Assembly: GCA_964016885.1 (NCBI GenBank)
Contig: OZ024740.1
Location: forward strand, 439,518,001-439,582,000
DNA from: Eledone cirrhosa
Lineage: Eukaryota
DNA length: 64,000 nt
Direction of reading: 5' to 3'
Shown here: piece after piece, positions 1 to 15,400 of the stretch
Numbering within the stretch: the stretch's first letter is position 1
Layout: each line of letters starts with the position of its first letter
The notes under the pieces: model-generated
The model's input: the letters and a program-made list of their open reading frames with translations, nothing else
What the model was told of the DNA's origin: nothing
Databases searched by the model: none
Made by a program: the position numbers and the translations under genes

Positions 1-3000
1 TATAGACAACAGATGATATAGACAACACATGATATAGAAAACAGATGATATTGACAACAGATGATATAGACAACAGATGATATAGACAGCAGATGAATAG
101 ACAACACATGATATAGACAACATATGATATAGACAACACATGATATAGACAACAGATGATACAGACAGCAAATGATATAGCCAACAGCTGATATAGACAA
201 TACCTGATATAGACAACAGATGATATAGACAACACATGATATAGACAACAGATGATATAGACAACAGATGATATAGACAACAGATGATAAAGACAACAGA
301 TAATATAGACTACAGATGATATAGACAATACCCGATATAGACAACAGATGATATAGAGAAACAATGATATAGACAAAAGATGATATAGACAACAGATGAT
401 ATAGATAACACATGATATAGACAACACATGATATAGACAACACATGATATAGATAATAGATGATATAGACAACAGATGATATAGACAACACATGATATAG
501 ATAATAGATGATATAGGCAACAGATGATATAGACAACAGATGATATAGACAACAGATGATATAGACAACAGATGATATAGACTACACATGGTATAGAAAA
601 AAGATGCTATAGACAACAGATGACATAGGTAACACATGATATAGACAACACATGATATAGATAATAGGTGATATAGACATCAGATGATATAGACAACAGA
701 TGAATAGACAACAAATGATATAGATAACAGATGATATAGACAGCAGACGATATAGACATCACCTGATATAGACAATAGCTGATATAGACGACAGATGATA
801 TAGACTAAATATGATATAGACAACAGATGCTATAGACAACACATGATATAAATAATAGATGATATAGGCAACAGATGATATAGACAACAGATGATATAGA
901 CAAAAGATGATATAGACTACAGATGATATAACAACAGATGATATAGACAACACATGATATAGACAATAGATTATATAGACAACAGCTGATATAGACAACA
1001 GTTGATATATACAACAGATGATATAGACAACAGATGATATAGACTACTGATGATATAGACAACAAATGATATAGACAACACCTGATATAGACAACACCTG
1101 ATATAGATAATAGATGATATTGACAACAGATGATATATATAATAGATGATATTGACAACAGATGATATAGACAATAGATTATATAGACAACAAATGATAT
1201 AGACAACAGTTGATATATACAACAGATGATATAGACAACAGATGATATAGACAACAGATGATGTAGACAACATATGATATATACAACACCTGATATAGAT
1301 AACACAGGATATATATAATAGAGGATATAGACAACAGATGATATAGACAACAGATGATATAGACAACAGATGATGTAGACAACACATGATATAGACAACA
1401 CATGATATATATAATAGATGATATAGACATCAGATGATATAGACAACAGATGAATAGACAACAAATGATATAGACAACAGATGATATAGACAACAGATGA
1501 TATAGATATCACCTGATATAGACAATACCTGATATAGGCAACAGATGATATAGACTACAAATGATATAGACAACAGATGATATAGATAACAGATGATATA
1601 GACAACAGATGATATAGACTACAGATGATATAGACAACAAGTGATATAGACATCACCTGATATAGATAATAGATGATATAGGCAACAGATGATATAGACA
1701 ACATATGATATAGACAATAGATGATATAGACTACAGATGATATAACAACAGATGATATAGACAACACATGATAAAGACAATAGATTATATAGACAACAGA
1801 TGATATAGACAATAGTTGATATATACAATAGATGATATAGACAACAGATGATATAGACAACAGATGATATAGACTACAGATGATATAGACAACAAATGAT
1901 ATAGACAACACCTGATATATACAACACATGATATAGATTATAGATGATATAGGCAACAGATGATATAGACAACAGATGATGTAGACAATAGATGATATAG
2001 ACAACACCTGATATTAACAACACAGGATATAGATAATAGATGATATAGACAACAGATGATATAGACAACAGATGATATAGACAACCAATGAATAGACAAC
2101 AAATGATATAGACGACAGATGATATAGACAACAGATGATAGAGACGACAGATGATACAGGCAACATATGATATAGACAACAGAGGAAATAGACAACGGTT
2201 AATATAGACAACAGATCATATATACAATACATGATATAGACAAAAGATGGTATAGACAACAGATGATATAGACATCACCTGATATAGACAATACCTGATA
2301 TAGACAACAGATGATATAGACAACACATGATATAGACAACAGATGATATAGACTACATATAGTATAGACAAAAGATGATATAGACAACAGATGATATAGA
2401 CATCAGATGATATAGACAACAGATGAATAGACAACAAATGATATAGACAACAGATGATATAGACAACAGAGGATATAGACATCACCTGATATAGACAATA
2501 CCTGAATTAGACAACAGATGATATAGACTACATATAATATAGACAACAGATGATATAGACAACAGATGATATAGACAACACATGATATAGCTAATAGATG
2601 ATATAGGCAACAGATGATATAGACAACAGATGATATAGACAATAGATGATATAGACTACAGATGATATAACAACAGATGATATAGATAACACATGATATA
2701 GACAATAGATTATATTGACAACAGATGATATAGACAACAGTTGATATATACAACAGATGATATAGACAACAGATGATATAGACAACAGATGATATAGACT
2801 ACAGATGATATAGACAATACCCGATATAGACAACAGATGATATAGACAACACATGATATAGACAACAGATGATATAGACTACATATGGTATAGACAAAAG
2901 ATGATATAGACAACAGATGATATAGATAACACATGATATAGACAACACATGATATAGACAACACATGATATAGATAATAGATGATATAGACAACAGATGA

Positions 3001-6000
3001 TATAGACAACACATGATATATATAATAGATGATATATGCAACAGATGATATAGACAACAGATGATATAGACCACAGATGATATAGACAATAGATGATATA
3101 GACTACAGATGATATAACAACAGCTGATATAGACAACACATGATATAGACAATAGATGATATAGACAGCAGATCATATAGACAACAGTTGATGTAGACAA
3201 CAGATAATTTAGACAACATATGATATAGACGTCACCTGATATAGACAATACCTGATATAGACAACAGATGATATAGACTACATATGATATAGACAACAGA
3301 TGATATATACAACAGATGATATAGGCAACACATGATATAGATAATAGATGATATAGGCAACAGATGATATAGACAACAGATGATATAGACAATAGATGAT
3401 ATAGACTACAGACGATATAACAACAAATGATATAGACAACACATGATATAGACAACATATGATATAGACTACATATGATATAGACAACAGATAATATAGA
3501 CAACAGATGATATTGACAACAGATGATATAGGCAACAGATGATATAGACAACAGATGATATAGACAAACATGATATAGATAATAGATGATATAGACAACA
3601 GATGATATAGACAACAGATGAATAGACAAAAGAAGATCTAGACAACAGATGATATAGACAACAGATGATAGAGACAAAAGATTATATAGGCAAAATATGA
3701 TATAGACAATAGATGATATAGACAACACATGATATAGAAAACAGATGATATTGACAACAGATGATATAGAAAACAGATGATATAGACAGCAGATGAATAG
3801 ACAACACATGATATAGACAACATATGATATAGACAACACATGATATAGACAACAGATGATACAGACAGCAAATGATATAGCCAACAGCTGATATAGACAA
3901 TACCTGATATAGAAAACAGATGATATAGACAACACATGATATAGACAACACATGATATAGACAACACATGATATAGATAATAGATGATATAAGCAACAGA
4001 TGATATAGACAACAGATGAAGTAGACATAACATGATATAGACTACAGATGATGTAGACACCGCATGATATAGACAACAGATAATATAGACAACAGTTGAT
4101 ATAGACAAAAAGATAATATAGACAAAAGATGATATTGACAACAGATGATATAGGCAACAGATGATATAGACAACATATGATATAGCCAACACATGATGTG
4201 GACAGCAGATGATATAGACAACACTTGATATTGACAACAGAGGATATAGACAACACATGATATAGATAAGAGATGATATAGACAACAGATGATATAGACA
4301 ACAGATGAATAAACAACAAATGATATAGACAACAGGTGATATAGACAACAGATCATAGATACAACAGATGATATAGGCAAGATACGATATAGACAACAGA
4401 TGATATAGACAACACATGATATAAACAATAGATGATTTAGACAGCAGATGATATAGACAACAGTTCATGTAGACAACAGATGATTTAGACAACAGATGAT
4501 ATAGACGTCACCTGATATAGACAATACCTGATAAAGACAACAGATTATATAGACAACACATGATATAGACAAGATATGATATATACTACATATGATATAG
4601 GCAACAGATTATATATACAACAGATGATATAGACAATAGATGATATAGAATACAGATGATATAATAACAGATGATATAATAACAGATGATATAGACAACA
4701 TTCGATATATACAACAGATGTTATAGACAACAGATGATATAGACTACAGATGATATAGACAACAAATGATATAGACAACACCTGATATAGACAACACATG
4801 ATATAGACAACAGATAATATACACAACAGATGATATAGACTACAGATGATATAGACAACAAATGATATAGACAACACCTGATATAGACAACACATGATAT
4901 AGATAATAGATGATTTAGACAACAGATGAATAGACAACACATGATATAGACAACATATGATATAGACAACACATGATATAGACAACAGATGATACAGACA
5001 GCAAATGATATAGCCAACAGCTGATATAGACAATCCCTGATATAGACAACAGATGATATAGACAACACATGATATAGACAACAGATGATATAGACAACAG
5101 ATGATATAGACAACACATGATATAGACAACACATGATATAGACAACACATGATATAGATAATAGATGATATAGGCAACAGATGATATATACAACACATGA
5201 TGTAGACAACCCATGATATAGACTACAGATGATGTAGACACCGCATGGTATAGACAACAGTTAATATAGACAACAGTTGATATAGACAAAAAGATAATAT
5301 AGACAAAAGATGATATTGACAACAGATGATATAGGCAACAGATGATATATACAACAGATGATATAGCCAACACATGATGTGGACAGCAGATGATATAGAC
5401 AACAGTTGATATTGACAACAGGGGATATAGACAAAAGTTGATATATACAACAGATGATATAGACAACAGATGATATAGACAACACATGATATAGATAATA
5501 GATGATATAGACAACAGATGATATAGACAACAGATGAATAGACAACAAATGATATAGACAACAGGTGATATAGACAACAGATGATAGATACAACAGATGA
5601 TATAGGCAGGATACGATATAGACAACAGATGTTATAGACAACACATGATATAAACAATAGATGATTTAGACAGCAGATGATATAGACAACAGTTGATATA
5701 GACAACACATGATATAAACAACATATGATTTAGACAACAGATGATATAGACGTCACCTGATATAGACACTACCTGATATAGACAACAGATGATATAGACA
5801 ACACATGATATAGACAAGATATGATATATACTACATATGATATAGACAACAGATTATATATACAACAGAATATATAGGCAACACATGACATAGATAATGG
5901 ATGATATAGGCAACAGATGATATAGGCAACAGATGATATAGACAATAGATGATATAGACTACAAATGATATAATAACAGATGATATAGACAACACATGAT

Positions 6001-9000
6001 ATAGACAATAGATTATATAGACAACAGATGATATAGACAACATATGATATAGACAACAGGTGATATAGACAACAGATGATAGATACAACAGATGATATAG
6101 GCAAGATACGATATGGACAACAGATGATATAGACAACACATGATATAAACAACAGATGATTTAGACAGCAGATGATATAGACAACAGTTGATGTAGACAA
6201 CAGATGATTTAGACAAGAGATGATATAGACGTCACCTGATATAGACAATACCTGATATAGACAACAGATAATATAGTCAACACATGATATAGTCAAGATA
6301 TGATATAGACTACATATGATATAGACAACAGATTATATATACAACAGAAGATATAGGCAACACATAATATAGATAATAGATGATATAGGCAACAGATGAT
6401 ATAGACAACAGATGATATAGACAATAGATGATATAGACTACAGATGATATAACAACATATGATATAGACAACACATGATATAGACAATAGATTATAAAGA
6501 CAACAGATGATATAGACAACAGTTGATATATACAACAGATGATATAGACAACAGATGATATACACAACAGATTATATAGACTACAGATGATATAGACAAC
6601 AAATGATATAGACAACAGATGATATACACAACAGATGATATAGACTACAGATGATATAGACAACAAATGATATAGACAACACTTGATATAGACAACACAT
6701 GATATAGACAACAGATGAAAGAGACAACAGATGATACAGGCAAAATATGATATAGGCAACAGATGAAATAGACAACAGATGATATAGACAACACCGGATA
6801 TAGACAACAGATCATATATACGATACATGATATAGACAAATGATGATATAGACAAGAGATGTTATAGACATCAGCTGATATAGACAACAGATGATATAGA
6901 CAACACATGATATAGACAACAGATGATATATACTACATATGATATAGACAATAGATAATATAGACAACAGATGATATTGACAACGGATGATATAGAAAAA
7001 CAGATGATATAGACACACATGATATAGATAATAGATGATATAGACAACAGATGATATAGACAAAAGATGAATAGACAACAAATGATAGAGACAACAGATG
7101 ATATAGACAACAGATAATAGAGACAAAATATTATATAGACAACATATGATATAGACAACAGATGATATAGACAACACATGATATAGAAAACAGATGATAT
7201 AGACAACACATGATATAGACAACAGATGATACAGACAGCAAATATTATAGCCAACAGTTGATATAGAAAATACCTGATATAGACAACAGACGATATAGAC
7301 AACACATGATATAGACAACACATGATATAAACAACACATGATATAGATAATAGATGATGTAGGCAACAGATGATATAGACAAGAGATGATATAGACAACA
7401 CATGATATAGACTATATATGATGTAGACACCGCATGATATAGACAGCAGATAATATAGACAACGGTTGATATAGACAACAGATAATATAGACAAAAGATG
7501 ATATTGACAACAGATGATATAGTCAACAGATGATATAGACAACAGATGATATAGCCAACACATGATGTAGACAGCAGATGATATAGACTACAGTTGATAT
7601 AGACAACAGGGGATATAGACAAAAGTTGATATATACAACAGATGATCTAGACAACAGATGATATAGACAACACATGATATAGATAATAGATGAATAGACA
7701 ACAAATGATATAGACAACAGGTGATATAGACAACAGATGATATAGACAATACCTGATATAGACAACAGATGATATAGACAACACATGATATAGACAACAG
7801 ATGATATAGACAACAGATGATATAGACAACACATGATATAGACAACACATGATATAGACAACACATGATATAGATAATAGATGATATAGGCAACGGATGA
7901 TATAGACAACAGATGATGTAGACAACACATGATATAGACTACAGATGATGTAGACACCGCATGATATAGACAACGGATAATATAGACAACAGTTGTTATA
8001 GACAACACATGATCTAAACAATAGATGATTTAGACAGCAGATGATATAGACAACAGTTGATGTAGACAACAGATGATTTAGACAAGAGATGATATAGACG
8101 TCACCTGATATAGACAATACCTGATATAGACAACAGATGATATAGACAACACATGATATAGACAAGATACGATATAGACTACGTATGATATAGACAACAG
8201 ATTATATATACAACAGAAGATATATGCAACACATGATATAGATAATAGATGATATAGGCAACAGATGATATAGACAACAGATGATATTGACAATAGATGA
8301 TATAGACGACAAATGATATAGACAACACCTGATATAGACAACACATCATATAGATAATAGATGATATTGGCAACAGATGATATAGACAACAGATGATGTA
8401 GACAACAGATGATATAGACAACAAGTGATATAGACAACACAGGATATAGATAGTAGATGATATAGACAACAGATCATGATAACAACAGACGATATTGGCA
8501 ACAAATGAATAGACACCAACTGATATAGACAACAGATGATATAGACAACAGATGAAATAGACAACAGATGATATAGACAACACCTGATATAGACAACAGA
8601 TCATATAAACAATACATGAAATAGACAAAAATGATATAGACAAGAGATGATATAGACATCACCTGATATAGACAATACCTGATATATACAACAGATGATA
8701 TAGGCAACAGATGATATAGACAACAGATGATATAGACAAACATGATATAGACAAGATATGATATAGACTACATATGATATAGACAACAGCTTATATATAC
8801 AACAGAAGATATAGGCAACACATGATATAGATAATAGATGATATAGGCAACAGATGATATAGATAACAGATGATATAGACAATAGATGATATAGATTACA
8901 GATGATATAACAACAGATGATATAGACTACAGATGATATAGACAACAAATGATATAGACAACACCTGATATAGACAACACATGATATAGATAATAGCTGA

Positions 9001-11544
9001 TATAGGCAACAGATGATATAGACAACAGATGATGTAGACAACAGATGATATAGACAACACCTGATATAGACAAAACAGGATATAGATAATAGATGATATA
9101 GACAACAGATGATATAGACAACAGATGATATAGACAACAAATGAATAGACAACAAATGATATAGACAACAGATGATATAGACAACAGATGATAGAGACAA
9201 CAGATGATACAGGCAACATATGATATAGACAACAGATCATATATACAATACATGATATTGACAAAAGATCATATAGCCAACAGATGATATAGACATCACC
9301 TGATATAGACAATACCTGATATAGACAACAGATGATATAGACAACACATGATATAGACAACAGATGATATAGACTACATATGGTATAGACAAAAGATGAT
9401 ATAGACAACAGAAGATATAGATAACACATGATATAGACAACACATGATATAGACAACACATGATATAGATAATAGATGATATAGACATCAGATGATATAG
9501 ACAACAGATGAACAGACAACAAATGATATAGACAACAGATGATATAGAAAACAGATGATATAGACATCACCTGATATAGGCAATACCTGATATAGACAAC
9601 AGATGATATAGACTACATATGATATAGACAACAGATGATATAGACAAAAGATGATATAGACAATAGATGATATAGACGACAAATGATATAGACAACACCT
9701 GATATAGACAACACATCATATAGATAATAGATGATATTGGCAACAGATGATATAGACAACAGATGATGTAGACAACAGATGATATAGACAACAACTGATA
9801 TAGACAACACAGGATATAGATAGTAGATGATATAGACAACAGATCATAATAACAACAGACGATATTGGCAACAAATGAATAGACACCAACTGATATAGAC
9901 AACAGATGATATAGACAACAGATGAAAGAGACAACAGATGATACAGGCAACATATGATATAGACAACAGATGAAATAGACAACAGATGATATAGACAACA
10001 CCTGATATAGACAACAGATCATATAAACAATACATGAAATAGACAAAAGATGATATAGACAAGAGATGATATAGACATCACCTGATATAGACAATACCTG
10101 ATATAGACAACAGATGATATAGGCAACAGATGATATAGACAACAGATGATATAGACAAACATGATATAGACAAGATATGATATAGACTACATATGATATA
10201 GACAACAGATTATATATACAACAGAAGATATAGGCAACACATGATATAGATAATAGATTATATAGGCAACAGATGATATAGATAACAGATGATATAGACA
10301 ATAGATGATATAGATTACAGATGATATAACAACAGATGATATAGACTACAGATGATATAGACAACAAATGATATAGACAACACCTGATATAGACAACACA
10401 TGATATAGATAATAGATGATATAGGCAACAGATGATATAGACAACAGATGATGTAGACAACAGATGATATAGACAACACCTGATATAGACAAAACAGGAT
10501 ATAGATAATAGATGATATAGACAACAGATGATATAGACAACAGATGATATAGACAACAAATGAATAGACAACAAATGATATAGACAACAGATGATATAGA
10601 CAACAGATGATAGAGACAACAGATGATACAGGCAACATATGATATAGACAACAGATCATATATACAATACATGATATTGACAAAAGATCATATAGACAAC
10701 AGATGATATAGACATCACCTGATATAGACAATACCTGATATAGACAACAGATGATATAGACAACACATGATATAGACAACAGATGATATAGACTACATAT
10801 GGTATAGACAAAAGATGATATAGACAACAGAAGATATAGATAACACATGATATAGACAACACATGATATAGACAACACATGATATAGATAATAGATGATA
10901 TAGACATCAGATGATATAGACAACAGATTAATAGACGACAAATGATATAGACAACAGATGATATAGAAAACAGATGATATAGACATCACCTGATATAGAC
11001 AATACCTGATATAGACATCAGATGATATAGACTACATATGATATAGACAACAGTTGATATAGACAACAGATGATATAGACAATAGATGATATAGACTACA
11101 GATGATACAACAACAGATGATGTATACAACCCATGATATAGACAATAGATTATATAGACAACATATGATAAAGACAACAGTTGATATATACAACAGATGA
11201 TATAGACAACAGATGATATAGACAACAAATGATATAGACAACACCTGATCTAGACAACACATGATATAGATAATAGATGATATAGGCAACAGATGATATA
11301 GACAACAGATGATATAGACAATAGATGATAAAGACTACAGATGATGTAACAACAGATGATATAGACAACACATGCTATAGACAATAGATTATATAGACAA
11401 CAGATGATATAGAGAACAGTTGATATATACAACAGATGATATAGACAACAGATGATATAGACAACAGATGATATAGACAACAGATGATATAGACAACAAA
11501 TGATATAGACAACACCTGATATAGACAACACATGATATAGATAA
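1..11544. repeat. 16-bp tandem satellite, left part (consensus GATGATATAGACAACA); continues beyond window start
   Basis: Continuous 16-nt periodicity, e.g. tatagacaacagatga/tatagacaacacatga, with recurrent point variants and occasional 15- and 14-nt units. The minus-strand translation repeats every 16 aa (3 units = 48 nt). Confidence 0.98.
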
Positions 11545-12492
11545 TCTATATATATAAAACTGTGGTTGTCTGTCTGTCTATCGATTTTTGGCACACATCT
11601 CCTCTTAGAATCTCTGACGGAATTGCACTGAAATTGCTATACTTGTACATTGAGCCCTAGCGAAGACATCGGAAAAAATATATTTCAAATTGACCCACCC
11701 TATGTGACGAAATCGAATATAATGTATCGATTTTTGAGCGTAAGTCATCAGTTATTTCCCTTTGTTCTGTTTACATTGAGCATCTTACGTAAAAAATTAC
11801 GCTGGCTTTCTCAGCGTTTAAAATGACATTAACACAATACACAAACAGTTGTCGAGCCAGCAAAATATTGACATGCAAAATTCATCAGTTCGAACACTAA
11901 GCTTCCGTTTTGCTTCATTTCCATTTAAAAGCATTTTAAAACAATATTTTTACTTGAAAACAAGTCTATTTAAAGACTACGTAAAACAAGCAAATATTTC
12001 ATCGTTAGGCGTGCAGACAGACAGTCGTGCAGACAGACAGTCGTGCAGAGAGGTGATATACGCGTGCAGACAGACAGTCGTGCAGAGAGGTGATATAGGC
12101 GTGCAGACAGACAGTCGTGCAGAGAGGTGATATAGGCGTGCAGACAGACAGTCGTGCAGAGAGGTGATATAGGCGTGCAGACAGACATAACTGATAATTC
12201 GGTTTCGCTAATGTTTTTCTCTGCGTTGCAGTGTTTACATTTTCGATCTTTGTTAATAATTAACCAGTGCAGTTTCTATCCCCAGCATCCTCTTTTGTTA
12301 TAACATTCGGGTTATCGTTATGTTTTCTTAACTTCATAAGGCATATTGTTGGTTGAGGGAATATTAATCAAAAACACCACATGCAAGTCTGCGCAGTAGA
12401 CACTACAGTTTTTAAGCCAAGAAAGAAACTTAACATTGTAACTTTAACACAGCTACTGAGCGACCCCAAGCAACGCCGGGCTTTACTGCTAG
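11545..12492 (+). mobile_element. Non-autonomous Helitron-like element, copy 1 (948 bp), inserted in the satellite
   Basis: Starts 5'-TC (tctatatatataaaactgtgg) and ends CTAG-3', preceded by a GC hairpin (ccccaagcaacgccggg). Inserted between A and T with no TSD: removing it restores the common satellite variant catgatatagataa|tagatgatataggcaaca. A near-identical copy lies at 42820-43638. Confidence 0.88.
12007..12187 (+). repeat. 37-bp minisatellite inside Helitron copy 1 (aggcgtgcagacagacagtcgtgcagagaggtgatat), about 4.5 units plus an extra 16-bp subunit
   Basis: Four occurrences of gaggtgatata are visible. Copy 2 has only one full unit. Confidence 0.92.
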
Positions 12493-15400
12493 TAGATGAT
12501 ATAGGCAACAGATGATATAGACAACAGATGATATAGACAATAGATGATATAGACTACAGATGATATAACAACAGATGATATAGACAACACATGATATAGA
12601 CAATAGATTATATAGACAACAGATGATATAGACAACAGTTGATATATACAACAGATGATATAGACAACAGATGATATAGACAACAGATGATATAGACAAC
12701 AGATGATGTAGACAACAGATTGATATAGACAACACATGATATAGACAACACAGGATATAGATAATAGATGATATAGACAACAGATGATATAGACAACAGA
12801 TGATATAGACAACAAATGAATAGACAACAAATGATATAGACAATAGATGATATAGACAACAGATGATAGAGACAACAGATGATACAAGCAACATATGATA
12901 TAGACAACATATGAAATAGACAACAGATGATATAGTCAACACCTGATATAGACAACAGATCATATATACAATACATGATATAGACAAAAGATGATATAGA
13001 CAACAGATGATAGAGACAACAGATGATACAAGCAACATATGATATAGACAACAGATGAAATAGACAACAGATGATATAGTCAACACCTGATATAGACAAC
13101 AGATCATATATACAATACATGATATAGACAAAAGATGATATAGACAACATATGATATAGATATCACCTGATATAGACAACAGATAATATAGATTACATAT
13201 GGTATAGACAAAAGATGATATTGACAACAGATGACATAGATAACACATGATATAGACAACACATGATATAGACAACACATGATATAGATAATAGATGAGA
13301 TAGAGATCAGATGATATAGACAACAGATGAATAGACAACAAATGATATAGACAACAGATGATATAAACAACAGATGATATAGACAACAGATGATATAGAT
13401 ATCCTGATATAGACAATACCTGATATAGACAACATATGATATAGACTACATATGATATAGACAACAGATGATATAGACAACATATAATATAGACAATAGA
13501 TTATATAGACAACAGATGATATAGACAATAGTTGATATATACAAAAGATGATATAGACAACAGTTGATATAGGCAACAGATGATATAGATAAGAGATGAT
13601 ATAGACAACGAATGATATAGACAACACCTGATATAGACAACACAGGATATAGATTATAGATGATATAGACAACAGATGATATAACAACAGATGATATAGA
13701 CAACAAATGAATAGACAACAAATGATATAGACAACAGATGATATAGACAACAGATGATAGAGACCACAGATGATATAGATTACAGATGATATAACAACAG
13801 ATGATATAGACAACACATGACATAGACAATAGATTATATAGACAAAAGCTGATATAGACAACAGATGATATAGACAACAGATGATATAGACAACACCTGA
13901 TATAGACAACACAGGATATAGATAATACATGATATAGACAACAGATGATATAGACAACAGATGATATAGACAACAAATGAATAGACAACAAATGATATAG
14001 ACAACACATGATATAGATAATAGATGATATAGACATCAGATGATATAGACAACAGATGAATAGACAAAAAATGATATAGACAACAGATGATATAGACAAC
14101 AGATGATATAGACATCACCTGATATAGACAATACCTGATATAGACAACATATGATATAGACTACATATGATATAGACAACAGATGATATAGACAACATAT
14201 GATATAGACAACACATGATATAAATAATAGATGATATAGAAAACAGATGATATAGACAACAGATGATATAGACAATAGATGATATAGTCTACAGATGATA
14301 TAACAACAGATGATATAGACAACACATGATATAGACAATAGATTATATAGACAACAGATGATATAGGCAACAGATGATATAGACAACAGATGATGTAGAC
14401 AACAGATGATATAGACAACACCTGATATAGACAACACAGGATATCGATAATAGATGATATAGACAACAGATGATATAGACAACAGATGATATAGACAACA
14501 AATGAATAGACAACAAATGATATAGACAACAGATGATATAGACAACACCTGATATAGACAACAGATCATATATACAATACATGATATAGACAAAAGATGA
14601 TATAGACAACAGATGATATAGACATCACCTGATATTGACAATACCTGATATAGACAACAGATGATATAGACAACACATGATATAGACAACACATGATATA
14701 GACAACACATGATATAGATAATAGATGATATAGACATCAGATGATATAGACAACAGATGAATAGAGAACAAATGATATAGACAACAGATGATATAGACTA
14801 CATATGATATAGACAACAGATGATATAGACAACAGATGATATAGACAACAGATGATATAGACAAAAGATGATATAGAAAATAGATTATATAGACAACATA
14901 TGATATAGACAAAAGTTGATATATACAACAGATGATATCAGAACAGATGATATAGACAACATATAATATAGACAATAGATTATATAGACAACAGATGATA
15001 TAGACAATAGTTGATATATACAACAGATGATATAGACAACAGATGATATAGGCAACAGATGATATAGACAAGAGATGATATAGACAACAAATGATATAGA
15101 CAACACCTGATATAGACAACACAGGATATAGATTATAGATGATATAGACAACAGATGATATAGACAACAGATGATATAGACAACAAATGAATAGACAACA
15201 AATGATATAGACAACAGATGATATAGACAACAGATGATAGAGACAAAAGATGATATAGACTACAGATGATATAACAACAGATGATATAGACAACACATGA
15301 CATAGACAACAGATGATATAGACAAAAGATGATATAGAAAATAGATTATATAGGCAACGTATGATATAGACACAAGTTGATATATACAACAGATGATATA

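Noticed and set aside
11849-12188. ORFs inside the Helitron copies (also 42845-43313 and 43514-43696)
   Set aside because: Short, with no Rep or helicase motifs, partly made from the internal minisatellite, and not frame-conserved between the copies.
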